Made by a program: the position numbers and the translations under genes. Below the pieces are notes generated by a model. The model was not told where the DNA came from and made no database searches. It worked only from the letters and a program-made list of their open reading frames with translations. From IMG/VR virus record IMGVR_UViG_3300037264_002228, positions 1-64,000 of that record: a DNA stretch of 64,000 nt. One strand, given 5' to 3'. Source of the DNA: a virus. Below are positions 8,827 to 17,966 of this stretch, piece after piece (within the stretch, counting starts at the first letter, position 1; each line of letters opens with the position of its first letter).

Positions 8827-10951
8827 AATAAAAACCATAGAATGGTCAAATTTCATGAGCTATGGTGATTATCAAACATCACTTGAGCTAAATTCTTTAG
8901 GGCCAGTTTTAATTGTAGGCCAAAAGGATGGTCAAAAAGATGAAAGCAACGGTGTAGGCAAAACAACTATCACAACTGCTATAATATGGTGTTTGTTTGG
9001 TAGAACACCTAGACGTGCAGCCCCTGGAGATAAAGTCATAAATTTTTATACAAAGGGCGAATGTTATGTCAAAATAATAACAATTGATGACTGGGTTATA
9101 ACACGCACTAGAAAATTAAATGGCCATGATGATTTATTGGTCCATAAAGATGGCGAAGATGTAACATTGTCAACAACAAAGCATGCTCAACTATTGTTAA
9201 AGAAATTATTTAATCTTGATTACGACATATTCATTTCAAGTATGTTCTTTGGACAAAGAACAGAATCGTTTCTTGAAATGAGTGATATGAAGCGTAAAGC
9301 AGCATTAGAACGATTATTAGGTTTGAATCGTTTAAATGTATGGGGCGATGTAGCAAAAGAAAAACGGATAGTTGCTGAATTAGAACAACAGAAAATAAAA
9401 ACAATAATTGAATCAAAACAATGGGCTGTTAATACTGTTCAGACCCAAATAGATAACGCCACACAATTAGAGCGCACATTTGAGAGTGACAGGTGTAATA
9501 AGATAGAATCTATTAAATCGGAATCTGAAACACTAAGTTCAATAGAATTCGATCACAATAAATTTGAAGAACTAAAAACTGAATTTAATATTTACAATGA
9601 TAATAAAAATAAATTGTTGGATATCAATAAAAGACTCGGACAAGCTCAAGATATGTGTGTCCAACTTAAATCTGATATCGACCAGCAAAGCAAATTAATC
9701 GTGCAATATAAGAATAGATTGATGTTGCTTGGATCTATTGATGTTGATGTTATTGAGACCGCACATAAAAATGCCAATTTGGCTGAACAAAATAAATTGA
9801 CACTACAAGATAAAATTAATAAACTAGCATTAGAAAAACGAAAACTAGAACAAGATCTTCGTCAGCTGATTGATTCAATTAATGGGTGGAACAATAAAGC
9901 TGGTACAAATTGTCCATCGTGTCAACAACCAGTTACAAAAGGCCATACAGACAATATTTGTAAACCATATTTAGATCAGGGCAAGTTATTGAAATCTAAA
10001 ATTAAAACAATTAGTGATGATTTAATTATTATAACTAATGAATTCAATAGAATTAAAATTGAGCGACCAACAACAACTTTGGTCGCAGCTATCAGAGACA
10101 AACAAGAAACTGATATAATAAATGCTAATATTAAAGAATTAAATGATAAAATTGTTATTAAAAAAGAACAATATAATAAATTATGCAAAATGGTGAACGC
10201 ATATGGAGTACAGAATAGTAAATTAGGTCTTATAGTAGATAGTTCAGATATTCAAACTAGATATGATGCTATGCAAATTGAATTTAATGAATTTAATAAC
10301 AGGTTAGTATTGATTGGTCAACTAAACTCACGACTAGTAGAAGAACAATCCAGAGAGAATCCGTATCGTGGCATCATTAATTCATTGTCTATTGAACTTA
10401 ATAATGTTAAAAATGAGCTTAGTACTCATTTGTCGAATGTTGCCCAGTTAGATATTAATATCAAATCTTATGATTATATTAGACATAGCTATCATGATCG
10501 TAATAAGATAAAAATGTTCATTTTGTCTGGATTAATACCATATCTTAATCAGAGAATAGAATACTACTTAAATGCTTTTGAATGTGATTTAATATTGAAG
10601 TTTACATCAACATTGTCTATTGAAACATCTAGGTGGGATTACGATTTCCATTCTGGTGGACAACAAAAAAGAATTGATATTGCAATCATGTTTGCGTTAT
10701 ATGATCTATATATTTCGATGTATGGTCAACAGTGCAATGTTATGGTTCTAGATGAAGTTGATGGTGCATTAGATTCTCATGGTGTTAGAATGTTTGTTGA
10801 CATTATCACTAATGATTTCTCTGGTGATAGGCCAGATAAGCCAGACACTATATTGGTAATAAGCCACAAGAATGATATGGTAGATCAATTTCCTAATCAG
10901 ATTATAGTATCTCAAGACGCACAAGAATACTCCCATATTTTAAAGACATAA
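8810..10951 (+). CDS. Recombination ATPase, T4 gp46/SbcC/Rad50-like
   Basis: Walker A NGVGKTT, coiled coil with CPSC zinc hook, signature SGGQ, Walker B VLDE, ISH. Confidence 0.93.
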   Translation: MAIPLKIKTIEWSNFMSYGDYQTSLELNSLGPVLIVGQKDGQKDESNGVGKTTITTAIIWCLFGRTPRRAAPGDKVINFYTKGECYVKIITIDDWVITRTRKLNGHDDLLVHKDGEDVTLSTTKHAQLLLKKLFNLDYDIFISSMFFGQRTESFLEMSDMKRKAALERLLGLNRLNVWGDVAKEKRIVAELEQQKIKTIIESKQWAVNTVQTQIDNATQLERTFESDRCNKIESIKSESETLSSIEFDHNKFEELKTEFNIYNDNKNKLLDINKRLGQAQDMCVQLKSDIDQQSKLIVQYKNRLMLLGSIDVDVIETAHKNANLAEQNKLTLQDKINKLALEKRKLEQDLRQLIDSINGWNNKAGTNCPSCQQPVTKGHTDNICKPYLDQGKLLKSKIKTISDDLIIITNEFNRIKIERPTTTLVAAIRDKQETDIINANIKELNDKIVIKKEQYNKLCKMVNAYGVQNSKLGLIVDSSDIQTRYDAMQIEFNEFNNRLVLIGQLNSRLVEEQSRENPYRGIINSLSIELNNVKNELSTHLSNVAQLDINIKSYDYIRHSYHDRNKIKMFILSGLIPYLNQRIEYYLNAFECDLILKFTSTLSIETSRWDYDFHSGGQQKRIDIAIMFALYDLYISMYGQQCNVMVLDEVDGALDSHGVRMFVDIITNDFSGDRPDKPDTILVISHKNDMVDQFPNQIIVSQDAQEYSHILKT

Positions 10952-10964
10952 TCAAATATAGTGT

Positions 10965-11489
10965 ATGGCCGCTGACAATAAGGCATTTATAGATAATGTC
11001 AAACGAGTATTCAGTGATGAATATATCAAACGTAATTTAATTAAATATTTCTCTGATAAAGGGTTTGATAATTTTAATCGTACTATATTCCCACCAATGT
11101 TACAAGACTTACCATATGCCGTACCAGAGCTTGTTAATAAGGTCGAAATTGTTCCATACGTAAAAGAAACCAACCCAACTACTGGTCAAGTTACTATGGG
11201 ATGGAATTTGTTCGTATTTGGTATCAACCGTATGGATCTTGGTGATTCATTACATAATAACATGAATGATTTTCAACAAGCCATAAATGGACCAACAAAT
11301 CAACAATATAATGCAATGAAATCTCCTAAAAATATAATCGACTTCATAATGAAAGTACTTAAAACTAGTAAACAGGGCATAGTTCATCCACAAGTCAACC
11401 AAACACTTCAACCGCCTCGCCCAGTCAATAGACCAAAAATGGGCCCATCAGCATCTGGCGGCTATTACGAAAAGAATAGACCAGTTTAA
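10965..11489 (+). CDS. Hypothetical protein
   Basis: 174-aa ORF with AAATATA-N4-ATG upstream. Confidence 0.65.
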   Translation: MAADNKAFIDNVKRVFSDEYIKRNLIKYFSDKGFDNFNRTIFPPMLQDLPYAVPELVNKVEIVPYVKETNPTTGQVTMGWNLFVFGINRMDLGDSLHNNMNDFQQAINGPTNQQYNAMKSPKNIIDFIMKVLKTSKQGIVHPQVNQTLQPPRPVNRPKMGPSASGGYYEKNRPV

Positions 11490-12598
11490 TTTTTGGCTCC
11501 TATATTTAGAGCCAAACAATGTACCTTAATTGTCTCGCGTAGTGCATCTATTTCTTTAATGTCTTTGCCGAGATATTCAGCTAGGTTGGCTCTGTGTAGT
11601 TTATCTGTGCCGAATCGTTCAATATAGTCTAATGGAGTATCGATTATGATATCGAACAGTTTCTGTGCATCTGATGACAAGCGTTGTCTTAGAACGATCA
11701 TATCCTCGTTATAATTAGACATATCTGGTTCGGCATGAATGATTTGAGCTTTGTGCTCACAATGGTCACGATGGCTGCTTTCGGTATCGTCGTTAGTACT
11801 ACCACTATCTAAGCTTGTATACTTCGCATATGTTTTTTCAACAATTTGGAAAGATACGGTACTAGGTATTTCTAGGACAGATACAACATTAATGGCATTC
11901 CAATCTAACTGAATTTGTACGCCATGTGTTTCGAACTCGTGTTTGATGTCAACGACTTTCTGTAATATCTTCAACGGAAGAAGTCCAGTTTCGCACCTAA
12001 TTACGTTATGGTCAATATCAATCATTTCTACTTCAGTTTGATAATTTTTAATACTGTGTAGAATCGATATGATCGCCTTTACAGCAATATCAGAAGCGAG
12101 GCCCTCTTCGGTTCTGGTTTCCTTTATTACTGGTGGCTTGTTTTCGCGCAGAATTTGTCTCAAATAATTAAACATTACTGATTGGAAAAACTTCTTGCGT
12201 TTAATTGGATCATTGGCAATTTGTGGCTTAGGGGACCACTTTAAGACTAGATCATACCCACATACTGTGCACTTATCTATTTTATTTTTTGTGGTAACGA
12301 AGTGTTTTTGGCACGAATTATTAGTGCACTGTCTAGATTCATGGAACAACACCATGATAGCTGCTTTCCAGAACGTAATTTGACAATCCTGTTTGCCAAC
12401 ATCAAGATCTTTATATTCATTACCAATGGTACGCCCAAGAGCCATACAGAATTCCATTTTTTGGCCTTGGATGTTAGGGTCTTCCCAGGCATCCTTCATT
12501 AAAGCATTTACTTCTTTCATTTCGTCCTTTGATAATTGTTTTGCTGTGTCGTTCATCAATGAACCACGTAAAAACAGCCGCGCTAATTGGTTGCTCAT
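11486..12598 (-). CDS. Sigma-70-like factor with an inserted zinc ribbon
   Basis: Region-2-like DVGKQDCQITFW...FNYLRQILR, SLD, C-terminal HTH LSSDAQKLF...LAEYLGKDIKEI; CTNNSC...CTVC insert; RBS GAGG. Confidence 0.55.
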   Translation of the reverse strand: MSNQLARLFLRGSLMNDTAKQLSKDEMKEVNALMKDAWEDPNIQGQKMEFCMALGRTIGNEYKDLDVGKQDCQITFWKAAIMVLFHESRQCTNNSCQKHFVTTKNKIDKCTVCGYDLVLKWSPKPQIANDPIKRKKFFQSVMFNYLRQILRENKPPVIKETRTEEGLASDIAVKAIISILHSIKNYQTEVEMIDIDHNVIRCETGLLPLKILQKVVDIKHEFETHGVQIQLDWNAINVVSVLEIPSTVSFQIVEKTYAKYTSLDSGSTNDDTESSHRDHCEHKAQIIHAEPDMSNYNEDMIVLRQRLSSDAQKLFDIIIDTPLDYIERFGTDKLHRANLAEYLGKDIKEIDALRETIKVHCLALNIGAKN

Positions 12599-12643
12599 AT
12601 ATCCTCACTTTCAAGTATTTAAGTTATAACGATTGGAGCTAGA

Positions 12644-13021
12644 ATGAAAAAATCATATGTTGACTCTAAGGCCCTCGAACTTCATTGGACGTCGTGGCTT
12701 GCTGACCAAACCAATAGTAAGTCTTGGACCGAACTTCTTAACGGAATTTACAAAATTTGTTATGGCGTTGCTATTCATTTTCATCCTAAAGATGAAGATG
12801 AACATAACGAGCTTGCGCATGAAGCTTTCATATTGACGGTTGACAAAATTAAGGATGGTAGGTTGAAATTTACTCCAGGAAAAGCCCCAGTTTTCAATTT
12901 GCTGACCACCACTGTTTTTAGGCATTTGTACTCCAAAATGAATAAGGACTCTAGGCGCAAGGTTGTTCTTGCGAATTTCAAACAAAAACTTATTGATGAT
13001 CATGCGTTCGAAACCGAATAG
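12644..13021 (+). CDS. Short gp55-like sigma factor (region 2 only)
   Basis: N-terminal YVDSKAL, YKIC, ELAHEAF, KFTPGKAPVFNLLTTTVFRHL resemble T4-like late sigma gp55. Confidence 0.55.
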   Translation: MKKSYVDSKALELHWTSWLADQTNSKSWTELLNGIYKICYGVAIHFHPKDEDEHNELAHEAFILTVDKIKDGRLKFTPGKAPVFNLLTTTVFRHLYSKMNKDSRRKVVLANFKQKLIDDHAFETE

Positions 13022-13074
13022 CATAACTAATTGGTGTGTCAATGATTTGTAATAACTATAACTAAATATACTAA

Positions 13075-14082
13075 GTGAATTATAGATCACAGCCAAAACC
13101 TCAAATTCAACGTGTTAATGTTCGAATGCATCCAGTACCAGTTGTTAAAAAACAGTCCCCACAAATGTCCGTAATTCATAAACCTGTATCAAGACCCACT
13201 TTACCAGTAGTGAAACATACGTCTAATAATGTACAGAAACCAGTAGTAACTACGTCTAAGCCTCAGCCAGCAGTAAGACAAGAAGCCAGACAAAATATTA
13301 AAGTAAAACCGAATATTCAAGTTAATAGATCACCAAATGTAGTAAAACCAAGAAATATTTCTAGACATTCTAGTTCAATGTCAGCGCAGCACCAAAACTT
13401 GTTACAACAATATAAAGAATCTGTTGATAAGTTGCGTTGTGTTGGCAATAACAAAATACTTATTATTGTAGCTTGTGGACCTTCTATATTAAATGTTAAC
13501 ATTGAAGAATTAAAAGATTATAAAAACATCGACATAATGTGTATTAACAAACCAGACAAAAGAGTATGGCCATCACCATATTGGTTGTTCTGTGATCAAA
13601 GTCAATACGCACGTAACCAAGACACATGGGAACAATATAATGGGATTATCATAAATGCTTCATCGGTTCGTGCTCGGCATAGGCGTCAGGTATTAATTAA
13701 AAGCCTGTCTGGTCGCGGATTTTCAAGAGATTTAGCTAAAGGATTTTATATTGGTAGATCATCAACATACTCAGCAATGCAAGTGGCATTATGGATGAAT
13801 TATAGTAAGATATATATATTCGGTGTTGATATGTGTGCTGTTGATGGTAAATTACATTATTATGGTAAGAATCCTGACGTGTCAGATACAAATAGAGTAC
13901 AACGGTTCGATAGAGAAGCAGAAAGTTATATGCACGCAGCCACTAGCGTTTTAAAACAAGAGGATAGAGAGAAATTTGTTTTTTGTTCATCTTACAATAA
14001 ATATAAATTTGTTGATTATTTTCAGCGGTTGGATGAAAAGGAAGCTGTATCAATTATAATAGAGCAGGCAAATAAACTTTAG
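13075..14082 (+). CDS. Second Maf/DUF115-like putative glycosyltransferase with a basic, low-complexity N-terminus
   Basis: IIVACGPSI...CIN...FCD...SSTYSAMQVALWMNYSKIYIFGVDM...HYYG. Confidence 0.7.
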   Translation: MNYRSQPKPQIQRVNVRMHPVPVVKKQSPQMSVIHKPVSRPTLPVVKHTSNNVQKPVVTTSKPQPAVRQEARQNIKVKPNIQVNRSPNVVKPRNISRHSSSMSAQHQNLLQQYKESVDKLRCVGNNKILIIVACGPSILNVNIEELKDYKNIDIMCINKPDKRVWPSPYWLFCDQSQYARNQDTWEQYNGIIINASSVRARHRRQVLIKSLSGRGFSRDLAKGFYIGRSSTYSAMQVALWMNYSKIYIFGVDMCAVDGKLHYYGKNPDVSDTNRVQRFDREAESYMHAATSVLKQEDREKFVFCSSYNKYKFVDYFQRLDEKEAVSIIIEQANKL

Positions 14083-14090
14083 GAGGAAAT

Positions 14091-14279
14091 ATGGCAGACA
14101 AAGGACATGAAGGCAGCAAACAAAACTTTGGTGATGGCAAGAAGAGCGCCAAGGGTGCTCATGGTGGTGGTACCAAGTATAATGAAATAAAACTAAAATA
14201 TCCAAAGTTTGGGTTAGGTGAAGGATTTAAACAAAAGGATAAGCCTGGGAAGAGTACTCAGGGGAATGATATACCATAA
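14091..14279 (+). CDS. Small Lys/Gly-rich hypothetical protein
   Basis: 62-aa ORF with strong RBS AGGAGG. Confidence 0.65.
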   Translation: MADKGHEGSKQNFGDGKKSAKGAHGGGTKYNEIKLKYPKFGLGEGFKQKDKPGKSTQGNDIP

Positions 14280-14299
14280 TCATAGCCTGTATATAAGGT

Positions 14300-14848
14300 A
14301 TGATGAAGTTATCAGGTACACGAGTATACCTAGCTGGCGCAGTTGAGCACAATTTCGATAATGCTGTCTCATGGAGAGATAGCATAACGGCCAAACTAAA
14401 GCAGTATAATATAACTGTGTACAATCCTCTTGTTAAACCACAGTGGCTACCACAGAACTGCAAAGTAGATCCCGCCTTATATAAAGCGGTATTGTCTGGT
14501 CAATCGACCGACATGACAAAGGAAGAAGTGTTTCAAGCCACTTCTGATGTACGTCGCTTGTGCTTGAGAATGGTCACTTCTGCTGATTTTGTCATATGTT
14601 ATATGCCTAAGGTCTTTACCTGTGGCACATTTGAAGAAATCTACTTGGCAGCTAGCTTAGAAAAACCAGTCTTGTTTTGCATGCCAGATGGTATGATTTC
14701 TACTTGGCTGTTACCTGTTTTTGCGAACGCTAAAAACATGAATGATGTTTATTTTTATAACTGGGACTCACTTCTTGATCACATTGATAAATTAAACAAT
14801 GGGCAAGCCAGAATCGATGCATATAAATGGTTGTCTTCTAATTATTGA
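14300..14848 (+). CDS. Nucleoside 2-deoxyribosyltransferase-like / dNMP N-glycosidase (Rcl/DNPH1-like fold)
   Basis: VYLAG, WRD, YNP, ADFVI, GTFEEI (catalytic Glu), KPV. Confidence 0.75.
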   Translation: MMKLSGTRVYLAGAVEHNFDNAVSWRDSITAKLKQYNITVYNPLVKPQWLPQNCKVDPALYKAVLSGQSTDMTKEEVFQATSDVRRLCLRMVTSADFVICYMPKVFTCGTFEEIYLAASLEKPVLFCMPDGMISTWLLPVFANAKNMNDVYFYNWDSLLDHIDKLNNGQARIDAYKWLSSNY

Positions 14849-14860
14849 TAGGAATGAAAT

Positions 14861-15619
14861 ATGTTTACTACAAGATTTGAAATTAATGTCACAGACCGTA
14901 AGCTAAATCCATTAGTAGCTGTCGATTTAGCTATGAAGCATAGTTGTCCAGCGATTGTTACAATACCTGAATTGGTTGCGCCATTTATTGCTGCTAGATC
15001 TATGCGTAAGGCCCTATTCAAGATTATATTGGCTGTTGATCTTCCTGATGGTGATAATTTTGCGATGTTAAAATTGCGCGATCTTGGAAATGATGCCCTG
15101 GCAGCCGATGGATTTGATATTGTGTCGTCTAAAAGGCGTAAGCCGATTGAATCACTCAATGAAGTAAAGTCATTGACTGAATTTATAGTTAGTATGAATC
15201 CATTTGCTGAAATTAGATGGTCGATTGGTGCCATTGATCGTGCTGAATCTGATTATGCCGAACATTTGAAATCACTACATAAATATCCATGTTCAATGAT
15301 ACGCACAGATCATAGATTATTTGTTGGATCTGGTGTTGGTGTTGATAAGCACAAATTAATTGTTAATTCTATTCGTAAATATGTCGCATCACCAATAAAA
15401 TTGTCTGGTAATATTGATCGTGATACCTATCTTGCATTTGAGAATGACAAATCCATAAGATTTGATGTAACAGCAGATCAATTTAATAGCTTACGCAAAT
15501 CAGTGATTGGGCAAGCCAATGAGCAGAAAAAAGAAGAAAGTACACAAAAAGAACCATCAGCACAAACCATCATCGATGACGAAGAAATCATTGGCACGTT
15601 GGGTAAAGATGTCGAATAA
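14861..15619 (+). CDS. Divergent DeoC (deoxyribose-phosphate aldolase)-like TIM-barrel protein
   Basis: Motif order AIVTIP / AVDLPDG / ADGFDIV / MIRT / IKLSGNI parallels DeoC VCVxP / VIGFPxG / ADEIDMV / FVKTS / VKASGGI; the Schiff-base Lys appears replaced by Arg. Confidence 0.45.
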   Translation: MFTTRFEINVTDRKLNPLVAVDLAMKHSCPAIVTIPELVAPFIAARSMRKALFKIILAVDLPDGDNFAMLKLRDLGNDALAADGFDIVSSKRRKPIESLNEVKSLTEFIVSMNPFAEIRWSIGAIDRAESDYAEHLKSLHKYPCSMIRTDHRLFVGSGVGVDKHKLIVNSIRKYVASPIKLSGNIDRDTYLAFENDKSIRFDVTADQFNSLRKSVIGQANEQKKEESTQKEPSAQTIIDDEEIIGTLGKDVE

Positions 15620-15980
15620 TTTAACCGATGATTTTAGTTGCCCATTTTGTAAAACTAAAAATGCAGCTACATCATCTTCTTGGGATAACGTTGGATATAT
15701 ACCAATTATTTGTATTAATTGTTCGAGTTTGTTTTGGGCTAGGATGCCAGGCAATTCGGAATTGACTATTGTTAATAGAGTACCAGTATTTAAAATGCAA
15801 ATACCTGAATTAGATGAGAATACGTGGATAATAGTTGTAAACAAAGAACATCAAAAACATTTAGAACCAGGCAGGGTAACAAAAAGAGACCATAAACATT
15901 ACCGTGTTGAATTTAATGATGGCGTTCAAATTTGGATGCCACAGCACTGGATAGAGAAAATCCCATGGGAAGTTAAATGA
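15609..15980 (+). CDS. Zinc-ribbon protein with an SH3/KOW-like C-terminal domain
   Basis: CPFC...CINC; ATG at 15609 is a more plausible start than the track's 15507. Confidence 0.55.
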   Translation: MSNNLTDDFSCPFCKTKNAATSSSWDNVGYIPIICINCSSLFWARMPGNSELTIVNRVPVFKMQIPELDENTWIIVVNKEHQKHLEPGRVTKRDHKHYRVEFNDGVQIWMPQHWIEKIPWEVK

Positions 15981-16711
15981 TAATATTAGGCGCAGACGTC
16001 GAAACTAACGGATTAGAAGATTCTAGTGAAATAGTTGAGCTAGGTTTGGTAGTAATGAACTCTACTGATTCTGCTATTTTAGCTATGCATTCTGATTTAT
16101 TTAAGACAAAATCTTGGTCAAAAGAAGCAGAAGCAATTCATCATATAAGTAAAGCATCATCAGACTTAGGTGCCGATGCATCGTTTAATCCATGGGGATT
16201 GATTGGTAAGTATAATCCTGAAGTAATTGTCGCCCATAATGCCGAATTCGACAAAGGCAAAATAGTCAAAAGGTGGCCCGAATTTGGTAAATTACCATGG
16301 GTGTGTACTCATCGTGATTTGCCGCACTCCAGATTTGTACCTAAGGTCAGCTCAAATAAACTACAGCATTTAGCAGTAGATTATGATATTCAAGTTCCTA
16401 GGAAACATCGTGCAGTATTTGATGCGCTGTTATGTTGTGAAATAGCTGCGAAACACGACCTAGAAACAGTATTGAAATTGGCGAATGAGGCTAAATATTG
16501 TGTTTTTTCTTGGTTTGAAGGTAAACCAAATTATAGCGATGAGAAATTTATAATACATAAAGATTATTTGAAAAAAGCTGGGTTTACATGGGATGGAGAC
16601 AACTGGGTGAAATCCAATGTTGCAGAATCAGTATTAAAAAAATACGTGGCATTGGCAACGGCAACAAAAGGATGGAAATCAAGGGTTACGCCAATAGATA
16701 AACAGAATTGA
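15977..16711 (+). CDS. DEDDh 3'-5' exonuclease (DnaQ/epsilon-like)
   Basis: DVETNG, AHNAEFD, HRAVFDA. Confidence 0.9.
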   Translation: MIILGADVETNGLEDSSEIVELGLVVMNSTDSAILAMHSDLFKTKSWSKEAEAIHHISKASSDLGADASFNPWGLIGKYNPEVIVAHNAEFDKGKIVKRWPEFGKLPWVCTHRDLPHSRFVPKVSSNKLQHLAVDYDIQVPRKHRAVFDALLCCEIAAKHDLETVLKLANEAKYCVFSWFEGKPNYSDEKFIIHKDYLKKAGFTWDGDNWVKSNVAESVLKKYVALATATKGWKSRVTPIDKQN

Positions 16712-16718
16712 GGACACC

Positions 16719-17966
16719 ATGATTTTTAAGCCTGGTAAAATAACAATTGTTTTAGATGGTGGAGCCGGTAGCAGTGCTAAAGGGTTACGTGGCGCATATA
16801 TATGGAAGCATATGCGCCGTGATGCCACATTTGCTGTAAACACATTTATGAGCAATGCTGCTCACTCAATTACGCACGAAGATGGTAGAGAATATGTGCA
16901 TCAATGTTTGTCTAGTATAACATCAATCGGAAATTATGAGCGACAATATGTCAGTCCTGGGTGTGCATTTTCAGCCAATGAAATGTTAAATGAACTAAAA
17001 ATTTGTGATGTGAGTCATGATAAGCTTGGTATTCATCCAAATACTGTGATTGTAACCCAAAAAGACATAGATTATGAAAAGGGTCTTGTAGACTTCGAAG
17101 GCAACAAAAAACAAGATCGTGGTAGTGCCAACTTGAATATTGGATCTACACTACATGGAGTAGGTGCGGCTAGAGCACGTCGAGTATTGCGTAGACCAGA
17201 TGTTATGTTAGCGAAGGATGTACCAGAATTCAAACCATATCTGTGTAACACAAACGACGAAATAATGACTAGACTTGCAGCTAAACAATCAGGACTTGGA
17301 GAAATAGCTCAGGGATATCAATTAAGCCTTATGAGCGAGTTCTATCCGCGAACAACCAGTCGCAATTGTTCTGTTGCGGCATTCTTGGATGATTCATTAT
17401 TGCCACCGAATATTGTTGGTCCAGTTGTTGTGAACTTTAGAACGTACCCAATCAGAGTGAATAACAATAAATATCTGCGTAAGTCAGATGGTAAAATTTT
17501 AACATGGAATGAGTTTAATAGTACACCTGACACTGATAAAAATGTGATTGTTGGTGATTCTGGTGGGTGCTATGCCGATCAACATGAAATGTCGTGGGAT
17601 GAGATATCTACAATGGCTGGCGAAACGATATTTGAATGCACTAGTTTGACAAAATTACCGAGACGAGTATTTTCATTTAGTAAAATCAATTTAATGAATT
17701 CATTGAAATATAATAACACTGGAGATGATGTTTATATCAGTGTTAATTTTATGAATTATGTTGATAATTCTGTTAAGGGCAAGTCGACAAAAGAAGAAGT
17801 ATTGACACCAAAGGTTATTTCATGGTTGAAGGATAATATTTTAGCAGATGACGTACTACGATTTTTAAATCTATATAATATCAAATTAAATGGATTATTT
17901 ATTGGTACATGGAAAACTATTGATAGCAGCGTATTTTTAACAAAATCAGATTTAGAATCGTTATGA
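16719..17966 (+). CDS. purZ: PurZ-like N6-succino-2-amino-dAMP synthase (adenylosuccinate synthase paralogue)
   Basis: GSSAKG (Ser where PurA has the catalytic Asp of GDEGKG), NAAH, GSTLHGVG, AQG, YPRTTSR, RTYPIRV, SGGCYADQ, TKLPRRVFSFS, NFMNY (where PurA has TKLD). Confidence 0.75.
   Translation: MIFKPGKITIVLDGGAGSSAKGLRGAYIWKHMRRDATFAVNTFMSNAAHSITHEDGREYVHQCLSSITSIGNYERQYVSPGCAFSANEMLNELKICDVSHDKLGIHPNTVIVTQKDIDYEKGLVDFEGNKKQDRGSANLNIGSTLHGVGAARARRVLRRPDVMLAKDVPEFKPYLCNTNDEIMTRLAAKQSGLGEIAQGYQLSLMSEFYPRTTSRNCSVAAFLDDSLLPPNIVGPVVVNFRTYPIRVNNNKYLRKSDGKILTWNEFNSTPDTDKNVIVGDSGGCYADQHEMSWDEISTMAGETIFECTSLTKLPRRVFSFSKINLMNSLKYNNTGDDVYISVNFMNYVDNSVKGKSTKEEVLTPKVISWLKDNILADDVLRFLNLYNIKLNGLFIGTWKTIDSSVFLTKSDLESL

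Noticed and set aside
16719-17966. Ordinary purA auxiliary metabolic gene
   Set aside because: Lacks the GDEGKG Asp and the TKLD motif and shows PurZ-type residues; not excluded without an assay
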